A DNA stretch of 64,000 nucleotides from Pseudomonadota bacterium (GTDB lineage: Bacteria; Campylobacterota; Campylobacteria; Campylobacterales; Sulfurimonadaceae). Below, piece by piece: positions 37,698 through 50,421 of the stretch (positions are counted from its first letter, which is position 1; each line of letters opens with the position of its first letter). Below the pieces are notes generated by a model that was not told the DNA's origin, did not search any database, and was given only the letters and a program-made list of their open reading frames with translations. Location: positions 32,001 to 96,000 of the forward strand of contig JAZDQA010000007.1 in the NCBI GenBank assembly GCA_043797085.1, written 5' to 3'. The position numbers and the translations under genes were made by a program.

Positions 37698-39388
37698 AAG
37701 AGCGAAAAAAGATGCGTATTTTACTGGTGATAAGTGCTTTCAATTCACTTTCCCAGCGTATTTTTTGTGCCCTTCGAGATCGGGGTGAAACGGTAGGTGT
37801 CACGTTTGCCATTAATGACGCTCAGCTTATCAAAGAAGTGACTGCCTTTAAACCGGATTTTATCCTATCGCCGTTTTTAAAAAAGCGTATTCCACAAAGC
37901 ATCTGGAGCTCTATCCCAACTTTTATCGTCCATCCCGGAATCGCAGGAGATCGTGGAGCGCATGCACTCGACTGGGCTATTATGAACGAAGAAAAAAGTT
38001 GGGGTGTGACAATATTGCGAGCAAACGGTGAATACGATGCGGGGGATATTTATGCTCACGGTACGTTTGAAATGCCCAAAGGCAATAAAGCTTCTGTATA
38101 TCGTAATGCAGTGAGTATCCTTGCATCCAAACTGGTTGAGGAGCTGTTAGTGTCGCTTGATAATTCTTCTTTTGTCCCTATGTCACAGCATGAACACAGC
38201 CTGCACGGTTCAGCACATTTGGTAATGACACAACTGGATCGTCGTATCGATTGGGAGAATGATACCACCGATGAGATACTCAAAAAAATTCATGCAGGGG
38301 ATAGTCATCCAGGGGTCGTCGATACTATTTTGGATGTGGAATGTTTTTTGTATGGGGTACATAAAGAGGCAATATTGAGAGGCGGGATCAAAGAAGTTTT
38401 AGCAAAGCGTGAGGGGGCGATTTGTATCGGGACGAAAGACGGTGCGATTTGGATTTCCCATCTCAAGGAGCAACAGAGTATCAAACTCCCCGCAACCTAT
38501 GTTCTCAAAGATCGGCTAAAAGGAGTGCGAGAAGATCGGTTGCCGCTCTTTGTCGATCCGAAATTGGTGACATTTAAAGAGATCACGTTTTATCAGCATG
38601 ATGAGGTCGGGTACCTCGGATTTGATTTTCATAACGGCGCGATGGGTGCCCATCAGTGTGTTCGATTGAAGTACGCATTTGATCACCTCAAGCAATCGGG
38701 TATTAAAGTTCTGGTATTGATGGGAGGATCTGATTTTTTCTCCAACGGGATTCATCTCAATATCATGGAAGATTCCAAAAAATCGGATGAGGATGGATGG
38801 TCGAATATCCATTCGATGAATGAAGTCGTCAAATCCGTATTGTTGTGTGATGAGATATTGACGGTGAGTTCGCTTCATCGTAATGCGGGAGCGGGAGGGG
38901 TGTTTTTGGCTCTTGCCTCCGATTATGTAATCGCACGTGATGGGGTTGTCCTCAATCCCCATTATAAGACGCTTGGATTGCACGGAAGCGAATATTGGAC
39001 GTATAGTTTGCCGCGCCGTGTTGGAGTTCAAAAAGCAGATGAGTTGACAAGTGCATGTTTGCCCATCAGTGCCAAGGAGGCGGTTAAAGTCGGATTGGCA
39101 GATGCGCTTATGTCTGAAGAAGATGAAAAATATTTTGAAGAGCTTCATTTTTATTGTCAGGAACTGTATGCCGATGAAGAAAAATATTATGAGTTCTTAG
39201 ATAGCAAACGTGACACCGTCAGCAATCCCGATTTTTTGAATGAGATTCAACAGTATCGCGAAAAAGAATTAGAACAGATGCATCCAAGTTTTTACGAGGC
39301 GAACAGCGATTTTAACACTCTTCGTAAAGAATTTGTCTATAAACTTTGTCCGATTAAAACCCCAAGTTATCTAAAAGGAGTAGGTTAA
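37691..39388 (+). CDS. hoxX: HoxX/HypX (formyltransferase + enoyl-CoA hydratase domains; CO-ligand synthesis)
   Basis: AFNSLSQR, HPGIAGDRG..LDW, FSNGIHLN and GSEYWTY; the true start may be ATG 37712. Confidence 0.9.
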   Translation: MLKERKKMRILLVISAFNSLSQRIFCALRDRGETVGVTFAINDAQLIKEVTAFKPDFILSPFLKKRIPQSIWSSIPTFIVHPGIAGDRGAHALDWAIMNEEKSWGVTILRANGEYDAGDIYAHGTFEMPKGNKASVYRNAVSILASKLVEELLVSLDNSSFVPMSQHEHSLHGSAHLVMTQLDRRIDWENDTTDEILKKIHAGDSHPGVVDTILDVECFLYGVHKEAILRGGIKEVLAKREGAICIGTKDGAIWISHLKEQQSIKLPATYVLKDRLKGVREDRLPLFVDPKLVTFKEITFYQHDEVGYLGFDFHNGAMGAHQCVRLKYAFDHLKQSGIKVLVLMGGSDFFSNGIHLNIMEDSKKSDEDGWSNIHSMNEVVKSVLLCDEILTVSSLHRNAGAGGVFLALASDYVIARDGVVLNPHYKTLGLHGSEYWTYSLPRRVGVQKADELTSACLPISAKEAVKVGLADALMSEEDEKYFEELHFYCQELYADEEKYYEFLDSKRDTVSNPDFLNEIQQYREKELEQMHPSFYEANSDFNTLRKEFVYKLCPIKTPSYLKGVG

Positions 39389-39729
39389 TGCACGAATATT
39401 CTATTGTTCAAGCGTTATTAACGCAGTGTGAAGATATAGCACGTGAAAATGAAGCCCAATCGGTTAAAAAAATTATCGTTAAAATCGGCAAGATGAGCGG
39501 AGTGGAACCCCATCTGCTGGAAATGGCGTTTAATACATTTAAAGAGAAAACGGTGTGTGACGGAGCAGATTTTGTGTTGAACGTACAACCTCTGGTGATC
39601 GAATGCAAAGAGTGCGGAGCCGTGAGCACATTGGAAGAAATTTTTTACAAATGTCCAGCTTGCGAAAGTCTGGATGTCAAAGTGATCGACGGTGAAGATA
39701 TGTATTTAATGACCTTGGAAATGGAGTAG
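39388..39729 (+). CDS. hypA: Nickel metallochaperone HypA
   Basis: MHEYSI, CKEC and CPAC. Confidence 0.96.
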   Translation: MHEYSIVQALLTQCEDIARENEAQSVKKIIVKIGKMSGVEPHLLEMAFNTFKEKTVCDGADFVLNVQPLVIECKECGAVSTLEEIFYKCPACESLDVKVIDGEDMYLMTLEME

Positions 39730-39732
39730 AAG

Positions 39733-40482
39733 ATGCAAGAATATTGGGAATTGTATATGAAGACAATCGATGGCAACATCGCGTCGGTTTTAGTGAATGC
39801 AGGTGTTTCGGTAGAGTTGCCAAGTGACGATAAGTATTTTATGGGATTTATCAAGGTTAAAATGAATTCACCGAGCGATAAAGGACTTATTGCAGAAGAT
39901 GAAGAAGCACAACTCTCGTTTATCGAAGATAAAATTGAGATGGAATCACTGCGATATCGTATCGGAACCTATGTCGGTAAAATCGTTTCTAACGGTGAAA
40001 TGACTTTTATTTATTATCTCAAACACGATTTTGAATGGCCGGATATGGTTCAAGCCGCGATGAAAGAGTTTTCAACGTACAGCTATGAATATGGTGCAAA
40101 AATGGACAGTGAATGGGAAATATACCATAAACTCCTTTTTCCGACTCCCATTGAGTGGCAAATTATCCAAAATCACAAAGTCTGTGATAATCTAAAAGTC
40201 CAAGGCGACTCACTTCACCTCCCTCGTGCCATTGAGCATAAAGCCTATTTTGAGACGGGTGAACAACGAAATTCTTTTATTGAGCGTCTTGAATCAGAGT
40301 CTTTTAAAGTCAAAGATTTTATCGAAGCAAATGAAAATACCCCTATGGTCGGGATGAGTTTTTACCGTCAAGATAAACCGTATTACTACGATATTGATGC
40401 GTTAACTTTGCATCTTATCGAACTTTCTCATCAATGCGGCGGGCAATATGACGGTTGGGAAACCAGTGTGGTAAAAATTTAG
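39733..40482 (+). CDS. DUF695 / RraB-like domain protein
   Basis: N-terminal WELY..IASVLVN and C-terminal GGQYDGWET. Confidence 0.7.
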   Translation: MQEYWELYMKTIDGNIASVLVNAGVSVELPSDDKYFMGFIKVKMNSPSDKGLIAEDEEAQLSFIEDKIEMESLRYRIGTYVGKIVSNGEMTFIYYLKHDFEWPDMVQAAMKEFSTYSYEYGAKMDSEWEIYHKLLFPTPIEWQIIQNHKVCDNLKVQGDSLHLPRAIEHKAYFETGEQRNSFIERLESESFKVKDFIEANENTPMVGMSFYRQDKPYYYDIDALTLHLIELSHQCGGQYDGWETSVVKI

Positions 40483-40579
40483 TGCAAAAAAACTGAAAAT
40501 GTATTCACTTTTAAGAGAGTTTAATCTAATCACGGGGATAATAGCCATATAAACGTCTAAACGTTAATAAGGAGTGGTT

Positions 40580-42010
40580 ATGGATCATCAGGATTTAATA
40601 AAAAAGTTACAAGCACGCGAAGGTCTTTCACGACGTGATGCCCTAAAAATGATGGCACTCTCACCCGTTACCGCATCCGTATTGGCAGGGTCTGCTGTTC
40701 CAACGACATTATCGGCTTCTTCTTCGAATGCGGTGGGAAAAATCGTTATCGTCGGGGGTGGTTCAGGTGCGTTGATGGCTCTTTCTCGTCTTCGCCGTGC
40801 TTTATCAAAACCTGATATTACGGTTATCGCGCCCAATGAAAAACATGTCTATCAACCGGGACAAATCTTCGTAGCAGCGGGTGAATATGCTCCGGAAGAT
40901 ATTATTTTTGATAACAAAGGTTATATTGGAGAGGATGTAACGTGGATCAAAGACGAAGCCGCAACGTTCGATCCCGATAACAACAAGCTCACAACCAAAG
41001 GCGGTACGGTCGTTGATTATGATTATCTCATTGTAGCAACGGGTGTACAGTACCATTATGAGCAAATTGCAGGACTGACTTCGGATATGATCGGTAAAAA
41101 CGGTATTTCCAGCGTCTATCTCAGTGATCTGGCAAAGGGAACGGCAGAGGGGGGAACCATTACCCATGAATGGTTTAAAGCGCTTCATGAAGCAGCAAAA
41201 ACCTCTAAACCCCGCGTTATTTGTACTCAACCCTCAACCCCGCTCAAATGTGGCGGAGCTCCTCAAAAAATTCTTTATCTCAGTGATGATTTCCTCAAAC
41301 GTGATAAATTAACGGCAGACTTTACTTTTGCTACGGCAGGAGAAAAACTTTTTGGTCTTCCTGAAATTGATGCGGCACTGCATAAAGTCCAAGAAGGCTA
41401 CGGTAATATCACCAATAAATTTGCTCATGAACTCATCGCCATCGATGCCGAGAAAAAACTCGCAACGTTCCATCACAAATACGAAGTGAAAGGGGAGTAC
41501 GACAAAGAATTCGAAGAGTATGAGATGATTGAAAAAGAAGAAGATGTCACGATGGAATACGATTTTATCCATATTACTCCTCCGACTTATGCGGTCGATG
41601 CAGTTGCTAACTCATTGCTTGGATGGCAAAAAGGGACGGCAAAAGGGTGGCTTGAAGTAGATCGTGAGACATTACAACATCGTCGTTACAAAAATGTCTT
41701 CGGGATTGGAGATGTGTGCGGTATTCCCATCGGTAAAACAGGGGGAAGTGCACGTCATCAAGGACCGATTGTCGTGGGAAATCTGATTTCAGTGATGGAG
41801 AAAAAAGAACCGACATTAAAATTTGATGGTTATACTGTATGCCCTCTCAAAGTTTCTTACGGTGAAATAATCATGGCAGAGTTCAACTACGACGGGCTTG
41901 CTCCCTCTTTTCCTCTCGATCCGGCAAAACCAAGATGGGTATGGTGGGCATTTGATCTCTATATGCTTCAACCGATGTATCGTTACTTGATGCTGAACGG
42001 AATTATGTAA
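40580..42010 (+). CDS. Tat-signal type II-like sulfide:quinone oxidoreductase (SqrB-like), copy 1
   Basis: SRRDALK, VGGGSG, KCGGAPQKI and DGYTVCP. Start revised to ATG 40580, after AAGGAG. Confidence 0.82.
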   Translation: MDHQDLIKKLQAREGLSRRDALKMMALSPVTASVLAGSAVPTTLSASSSNAVGKIVIVGGGSGALMALSRLRRALSKPDITVIAPNEKHVYQPGQIFVAAGEYAPEDIIFDNKGYIGEDVTWIKDEAATFDPDNNKLTTKGGTVVDYDYLIVATGVQYHYEQIAGLTSDMIGKNGISSVYLSDLAKGTAEGGTITHEWFKALHEAAKTSKPRVICTQPSTPLKCGGAPQKILYLSDDFLKRDKLTADFTFATAGEKLFGLPEIDAALHKVQEGYGNITNKFAHELIAIDAEKKLATFHHKYEVKGEYDKEFEEYEMIEKEEDVTMEYDFIHITPPTYAVDAVANSLLGWQKGTAKGWLEVDRETLQHRRYKNVFGIGDVCGIPIGKTGGSARHQGPIVVGNLISVMEKKEPTLKFDGYTVCPLKVSYGEIIMAEFNYDGLAPSFPLDPAKPRWVWWAFDLYMLQPMYRYLMLNGIM

Positions 42011-42117
42011 AGGTAACATAAATTATTATTTTTTGTAATAAATATGTCATTTTAAGTTAAATAGCATGCTTTATGCAATATCATTGAGAGATTGACTAAA
42101 GTATAAAAACATACGGG

Positions 42118-42510
42118 GTGAAGATGAGTTCAGAACATGTATTAAAAGATACCGATTTTTTGGTATCACAAACCGATGAAAAGGGAAAAATCCTTTTTGC
42201 AAACGAAGATTTTTGTAAAGTTGCAGGGTATACACTGGATGAGTTGGTTGGAAAACCGCATAGTATTGTTCGTCATCGCGATATGCCTAAAGCGGCATTC
42301 AAAGATTTATGGGATACCGTCAAAAGCGGTAAAGTATGGACCGGTTACGTTAAAAATTCGACGAAAAGCGGAGGATTTTATTGGGTGTATGCTACCGTAT
42401 ATCCAAATATCGCGTGCGATAATGGGAATTGTGGATTTTTATCATGTCGTCGAAAAGCTTCTACGGATGAAATCGCCGAAGCAACTCGTTTGTATAAAAC
42501 GATGAGTTAA
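42118..42510 (+). CDS. Stand-alone Aer-type PAS sensor (CetB-like)
   Basis: [25 protein letters not shown] and YWV. Confidence 0.88.
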   Translation: MKMSSEHVLKDTDFLVSQTDEKGKILFANEDFCKVAGYTLDELVGKPHSIVRHRDMPKAAFKDLWDTVKSGKVWTGYVKNSTKSGGFYWVYATVYPNIACDNGNCGFLSCRRKASTDEIAEATRLYKTMS

Positions 42511-42520
42511 GGGAGATAAC

Positions 42521-43630
42521 ATGAACAATTCAATGAAAATAACTATTTTGGTCATTTTATCTGCTCTGGGTGTGTTAATAGGGCTTTTGACACAAAGTGT
42601 CGGTGCTCTTATCGGAGCACTTATTGTTACTCTTGTAACGGCTATATGGCTGATCGGTTCAACAAATGAGGGTGAATTAAAAATTCATGCTCAATTGGAT
42701 GCATTTTTGCAACTGATGCAGTTTAAACGTAATCGTATTCCCAAGATGGTTGGAGAAAGCGGAAGTACGGAAGCGAAATTAAATGCATTGGCGAGTGCGC
42801 ACGAAGAGATGCTGTTGCAAGATACTCTCGTTGCAGGAGAGATGGTTCTTTTAGCCGATAAGGTACGTCAAGGACATTATGCGTGCAGGGTAGGGAGTGA
42901 TTCTAAAACTCCTCATGTTCATTTGCTTCGAAAGACAATGAATAATATGCTGGATGCAACTGAGGCGAATTTAGACATGGCTATACGTGTTTTAGAGGAT
43001 CTTAGTGAGGGACATTTTAGCAAACGTGCTTCGGTCAATGTTGATGGAAAAATGGGCAAAATGCTCTCCAAAATTAATGATCTTGGAATAGCATTGGAAT
43101 CTATGGAACGCCAAAACAATGAAGCCAATGAAATTTTAGATAACAATACGAAAAATCTTAAGTCGACCATTGAAACTCTAAGATCGACAAAATTCGTTGA
43201 GCTTAACGGGATGATTAACTCTACCGTAGAGCGTATACAGCGTGTTGCAAGCAAAGAGCATGAACTTTCCGGAAATCTCCAAGCACTAGTTGGAAATGCG
43301 CAAGAGACCAAAGCGATTTTGGTAACCATCGGAGATATCGCCGATCAAACGAATCTTCTCGCATTGAACGCCGCCATCGAAGCAGCCCGTGCAGGTGAAC
43401 ATGGACGCGGATTTGCGGTTGTTGCGGATGAGGTACGAAAGCTTGCTGAACGTACCCAAAAATCTCTTTCCGAAATCTCTGCAACGATTAACGTATTGAT
43501 CCAAGCGATCAACGATAACAGCGAGTCATTGAACCAAAATATGGATGAGATGATGAATTTGACCGATTATGTCGGAACCGTTGATAAAAAAATGGATGAA
43601 CTTCTTGTCTCTATGGATTCTATGAGTTAA
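42521..43630 (+). CDS. Methyl-accepting chemotaxis protein (CetA-like)
   Basis: N-terminal transmembrane hairpin without a periplasmic domain; [38 protein letters not shown]. Confidence 0.92.
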   Translation: MNNSMKITILVILSALGVLIGLLTQSVGALIGALIVTLVTAIWLIGSTNEGELKIHAQLDAFLQLMQFKRNRIPKMVGESGSTEAKLNALASAHEEMLLQDTLVAGEMVLLADKVRQGHYACRVGSDSKTPHVHLLRKTMNNMLDATEANLDMAIRVLEDLSEGHFSKRASVNVDGKMGKMLSKINDLGIALESMERQNNEANEILDNNTKNLKSTIETLRSTKFVELNGMINSTVERIQRVASKEHELSGNLQALVGNAQETKAILVTIGDIADQTNLLALNAAIEAARAGEHGRGFAVVADEVRKLAERTQKSLSEISATINVLIQAINDNSESLNQNMDEMMNLTDYVGTVDKKMDELLVSMDSMS

Positions 43631-43703
43631 CGAGTTTTAGTGCATCTCTTTTGATTAAGGGGTGCCAATTCACTGCGCGTCTTTCCCCTTTTTTTAGTAT
43701 TAT

Positions 43704-46328
43704 ATGAAAAATTATTTATCGGGAACATTTATGCAACTTCCACAACCTATTTATTTTAACGACTACAAACCCAGCGATTACACGATTACATCGTGCCTTT
43801 TAGAATTTATTATTGACAACGGTTCGACCCGTGTGGATAATGTTATGGAAATCAAACGTCAAAATCCGGATGCCAAAGAGCTTCGACTTGACGGTGAGAT
43901 GATGGATATTGAGCTTTTATGGATCAATGACGAACTCTTTAGCGAAGAGATGTACGTCAAAGAAGAAAATTTTATCCTCCTTCCGCTCGATGCCGATGAA
44001 GCACGAATCCGCGTCATTACCCGTCTCTATCCCGATGACAACACTGCACTAGAAGGATTGTATCGTTCAGGGGGTATTTGGTGTACTCAAAATGAGCCTG
44101 AAGGATTCCGCCGTATCACCTACTTCATCGACCGACCCGATGTAATGACTCGCTTTACCACCAAAATTATTGCCAATCAAGCACTTTGCCCTATATTACT
44201 GGGAAATGGAAATCTTGTAGGAACGGCAACACTGGAAAATGGAAAACATCTTGCCATTTGGGAAGATCCTATCCCTAAACCTTCGTACCTTTTTGCCCTT
44301 GTCGCGGGTGATTTGGGGAGCATTCACGATACGTTTATCACGATGAGCGGTAAAAAAGTTGATTTGGCGATCTATTGCGACCGAGGAAATGAAGAGAAAT
44401 GCCACCACGCCATGCGCAGTTTGAAAAAAGCGATGACATGGGATGAAGAGACATACGGACGGGAGTACGATTTAAGCGTCTACAACATTGTTGCCGTGGA
44501 CAGTTTTAACATGGGGGCAATGGAAAACAAAGGATTGAACATCTTTAATTCCCATTATGTTTTAGCCGATGAGAACAGTGCAACCGACAGCGATTTTATG
44601 GGGATCGAGAGCGTTATCGCCCATGAGTATTTTCACAACTGGACGGGAAACCGTATTACGTGCCGAAACTGGTTTGAACTGACGCTCAAAGAAGGTCTGA
44701 CGGTCTTTAGAGACCAATGTTTCAGCGCCGATATGAACTCGCAGCTCATCGGGCGTATTGATGATGTTCAATCACTTCGTGAGCGACAGTTTGTCGAAGA
44801 TGCGGGTCCCACTGCCCATCCCATCAAACCCGATCACTTTATCGAGATCAACAACTTTTACACGGCAACGATTTATGAAAAAGGTGCCGAAGTGATTCGG
44901 ATGCTGTATACGCTGTTGGGGTACGAGAAATTCCGACTCGCGATGGACACCTATTTTGAACACTTTGATGGTCAAGCCGTAGGAACAGAGGAATTTTTAT
45001 GGGCGATGCAAACGCAAAGTCCTCTGGATTTAACCCAGTTTAAACGATGGTATTCTCAAGAGCGTACCCCAACTCTCAAAATATCGAGCTATTACGATGC
45101 CGTCGCACAAACTATGACATTGACGATCACGCAAAGCATCCCCAAAGACACCCAAGGGCGTGAACAACTTCCGTATGCGTTTCCTTTGGCGCTTGGATTG
45201 CTAGACAGTTTAGGCGGGGATATATCGCTAAAAAGTACCAATGCTGTGATGATTCATGCGGGGATTGTGTGGATTGATCAAGCAATCAGCACTCTTGTAT
45301 TTAATGAGGTTAATGAAGCTCCAAAACTCTCTCTTAATCGTCATTTTAGCACTCCGGTCAAAATAGAGTGCGAAGAGTTGGATTACCCCTTTTTGATGGC
45401 GATGGACAGTGATGGATTTGTAGGCTATGAAGCGTCACAGGTTTTCGGGATGGAAACCATCGAAAAAATGATGAAGGGCGAATCGATCAATCCACAATTT
45501 GTAAAAGCCTACGGAGTGATTTTGTCTGATGCGTCGTTGGAGCCGATGTTTAAAGCACAGCTACTAGGATTACCTAGCATTAGCACAATGATGCAGCGCC
45601 AAGAGATTTTGGACGTTGATGCGATTCATACGGCGCTTGAAACACTTAAAAAATATTTGGCATCACACTACAAAGAGAAAATTATCACTCAGATGGAAAC
45701 CCAGTATGAACCGTTTAACGGGGAGATAGACGCACTAAGCATGGCGTCACGAGCACTAAAAAATCGTTATCTAGGACTTCTTATGAGTCTTGAAGACGAA
45801 TCCATTTCCAAAATATGTACAACGCATTACAAAGAATCGGTTAATATGACGAGTCGTTTAGCCACATTGGATTTACTTGAAAATTATGCTCCGCAGTTGG
45901 CGCTTGAGGCATTAAGCGATTTTTATCAAAAACATTCTCATGAAACCTTGGTAATGAACAAATATTTTTCCCTTCTTTCGTCTTCACGACGAGAGGGGAC
46001 GCTAGAGCGTGTTATTGCCTTACAAAACAACGCTGCCTACGATATGAAAGTCCCAAATTTAGTACGTGCACTTATCGGAAGTTTTGCCCGTAATGCCGTT
46101 GCATTTCATCATGTTTCAGGAAGAGGGTATACGTTTGTTGCAGACAAAGTGATTGAAATAGATGCCTTTAACCCTCAAATCGCTTCGGGGCTTGCAGGAG
46201 CGTTTAAAAGTTACGGGAAACTTTCACCGTTGCAAAAAGCAAAAATGGGGATTGAACTGGAACGGATCAAAAATCATCCGAATCTCTCGAATAATGTCTA
46301 TGAAATTGTTTCGAAGATTTTACAGTAA
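43704..46328 (+). CDS. pepN: Aminopeptidase N
   Basis: GAMEN and HEYFH..E; the true start may be ATG 43731. Confidence 0.96.
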   Translation: MKNYLSGTFMQLPQPIYFNDYKPSDYTITSCLLEFIIDNGSTRVDNVMEIKRQNPDAKELRLDGEMMDIELLWINDELFSEEMYVKEENFILLPLDADEARIRVITRLYPDDNTALEGLYRSGGIWCTQNEPEGFRRITYFIDRPDVMTRFTTKIIANQALCPILLGNGNLVGTATLENGKHLAIWEDPIPKPSYLFALVAGDLGSIHDTFITMSGKKVDLAIYCDRGNEEKCHHAMRSLKKAMTWDEETYGREYDLSVYNIVAVDSFNMGAMENKGLNIFNSHYVLADENSATDSDFMGIESVIAHEYFHNWTGNRITCRNWFELTLKEGLTVFRDQCFSADMNSQLIGRIDDVQSLRERQFVEDAGPTAHPIKPDHFIEINNFYTATIYEKGAEVIRMLYTLLGYEKFRLAMDTYFEHFDGQAVGTEEFLWAMQTQSPLDLTQFKRWYSQERTPTLKISSYYDAVAQTMTLTITQSIPKDTQGREQLPYAFPLALGLLDSLGGDISLKSTNAVMIHAGIVWIDQAISTLVFNEVNEAPKLSLNRHFSTPVKIECEELDYPFLMAMDSDGFVGYEASQVFGMETIEKMMKGESINPQFVKAYGVILSDASLEPMFKAQLLGLPSISTMMQRQEILDVDAIHTALETLKKYLASHYKEKIITQMETQYEPFNGEIDALSMASRALKNRYLGLLMSLEDESISKICTTHYKESVNMTSRLATLDLLENYAPQLALEALSDFYQKHSHETLVMNKYFSLLSSSRREGTLERVIALQNNAAYDMKVPNLVRALIGSFARNAVAFHHVSGRGYTFVADKVIEIDAFNPQIASGLAGAFKSYGKLSPLQKAKMGIELERIKNHPNLSNNVYEIVSKILQ

Positions 46329-46338
46329 GCTAATAAAC

Positions 46339-47898
46339 CTAATCATATTGAGTTAAATTTTTAAGCATTTGCTTGAAAATTATTTTATGAATAAAATAAA
46401 GAGTGTACCAATAGAGGTATCCAAACAACCCTTCAGGATCAAAATAGGGTCGCATAATAAACAGCGCTTCATCGGTTTGTTCTATTTGTTCGATTGAAAA
46501 TTGAAGCCAAACATTCCCCGGTGTTTTCATATTGGCTTTGAGTCGCAAAACTTTGCGATTGGTTTTGTTGATGTAGTAGGTTACAACCCAAAAATCGATT
46601 CTATCCCCAACACGCATAAGTTTTGGAGATCGTCGTGCCCAATTGTTGAGTCCTGGACCTCCCAATAAAGTATCAATAAAACCACGTATTTTCCATAAGT
46701 AGGATAAAGAGTAATAGCCGTTTTTTCCTCCGATCCCTTTAACGCGATTAAAAATTAAATCGGCTTTATCCATGGGAATTTTTTTTGAATATTCATCAAA
46801 AATAAGACCATTTCTTGCTTGTGACGTTATAAATCCAAGTTGTTTTTTTGTTTTTTCATTCAGTACCGATATCTCATAAGGGGTGTCCCATGAGCTGTTT
46901 ATGTAACCCTCTTCGCTGCGCTGCGAAGCAATAATAATAGCATCATCGAGTGATGTGATTTTGATTTTAGGGTCTTTGTCGATTTTTGAAACCGGAAACT
47001 CTTCAACGACGGCATCACAATATGCTCCAGCGATGAGTCGATAGATTAGAATATAGGGCATACCCGACATGCGAGCAGCAAACCAGCTGATCACCTTGGG
47101 CGTTAACCATAGGCTTGCAAACGGGATAGGGATGAGATGCATTTTTTTTTGTAATGTTAGCTTGACATATCGCATAACAATATCACTGTATTGAAGGTCT
47201 TCGCCACATCCAATTTCGACGATTTGTCCATGATAAAGAGGGTTACACAAGGCATGGATTAAATAGTCTATGACATCATTAACAAAGATAGGTTGGCAGA
47301 ACCCTTCTTCTTTTCCTAAATCAGGGATAAAAGGGAGCTTGTCTCCCAGAGCACGAATCAGCTCAAAACTGGCCGATCCCTCACCTATGATAACACCGGC
47401 ACGAAATTCTGTGACACAATCATGGCGAAGACGCAAGTGCTGCGCGGTTTCCTGCCTGCTTTTAAGATGTTTAGAGAGAGGTTTGTCGGGTCTGTCTATT
47501 CCCAGTCCCCCGAGATAGATAATTTGTTTGACCCCTGCTTCTTTGGATACGGATGCTACAAGTTCAGCTAAACGATTGTCGAGATTTAAAAAGTTTTCTG
47601 CTTCGGTAGTTAACGAATGAATGAAGTAATATACGGCATCTACCCCGCGTAAGAGTTCGCGAATATTGTGATGTTCTTTCTCTTCAATGTCGATGGAAGC
47701 GATGCATATTCTCGTCTTGGTATGTTCAAATAAGGCACATTCTTCATTAATAAAAGACATTTTTCGTGACTCACGTACAAAAATGGTTACGTAATGACCA
47801 AGATTGTAAAGCTCCATCAATACTTTCGTACCAATGTAGCCTGTCGCTCCAAAAATAGCGATATGTTTAAGCTTGCTGGGTTGTGATTCATTTGGCAT
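46339..47898 (-). CDS. Atypical SDR/NAD(P)-binding protein with DUF2867-like C-terminus (YbjT-like)
   Basis: GATGYIG, HLKSRQET, IGGKNG, GDRIDFW and GYLYWY. Start revised to ATG 47898, after AGGAGG. Confidence 0.85.
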   Translation of the reverse strand: MPNESQPSKLKHIAIFGATGYIGTKVLMELYNLGHYVTIFVRESRKMSFINEECALFEHTKTRICIASIDIEEKEHHNIRELLRGVDAVYYFIHSLTTEAENFLNLDNRLAELVASVSKEAGVKQIIYLGGLGIDRPDKPLSKHLKSRQETAQHLRLRHDCVTEFRAGVIIGEGSASFELIRALGDKLPFIPDLGKEEGFCQPIFVNDVIDYLIHALCNPLYHGQIVEIGCGEDLQYSDIVMRYVKLTLQKKMHLIPIPFASLWLTPKVISWFAARMSGMPYILIYRLIAGAYCDAVVEEFPVSKIDKDPKIKITSLDDAIIIASQRSEEGYINSSWDTPYEISVLNEKTKKQLGFITSQARNGLIFDEYSKKIPMDKADLIFNRVKGIGGKNGYYSLSYLWKIRGFIDTLLGGPGLNNWARRSPKLMRVGDRIDFWVVTYYINKTNRKVLRLKANMKTPGNVWLQFSIEQIEQTDEALFIMRPYFDPEGLFGYLYWYTLYFIHKIIFKQMLKNLTQYD

Positions 47899-48062
47899 TA
47901 GAAGACGCCTCCTGTTTTTTATACTTGTCAATATGTAATCATAGTCCATGTATATGACTGATGGGTTAACTGCCCTTGATGCAGAAAATTTTATCATTTA
48001 CTTTTTAGTATTAAAATCCAAGTAAGTAGAATGGTTCTACGCTGATATTCATTTTTCAATAG

Positions 48063-50279
<2,217 letters not shown>

Positions 50280-50421
50280 TTTTACTGTCAAGATTATCGT
50301 TAAAATGACGTATAAATTAAATATTTATAATTACTTTTAGCATTATTTATCTTTATTCCTTTAAATAAAGTTTGACAAAGAATCCGATATACTTATGATT
50401 ATTATAATGTAAAGGATTGTT

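Noticed and set aside
43642..43665. Hairpin after the MCP gene as a terminator
   Set aside because: The stem has two G-U pairs and no adjacent U-tract, which is too weak to call.
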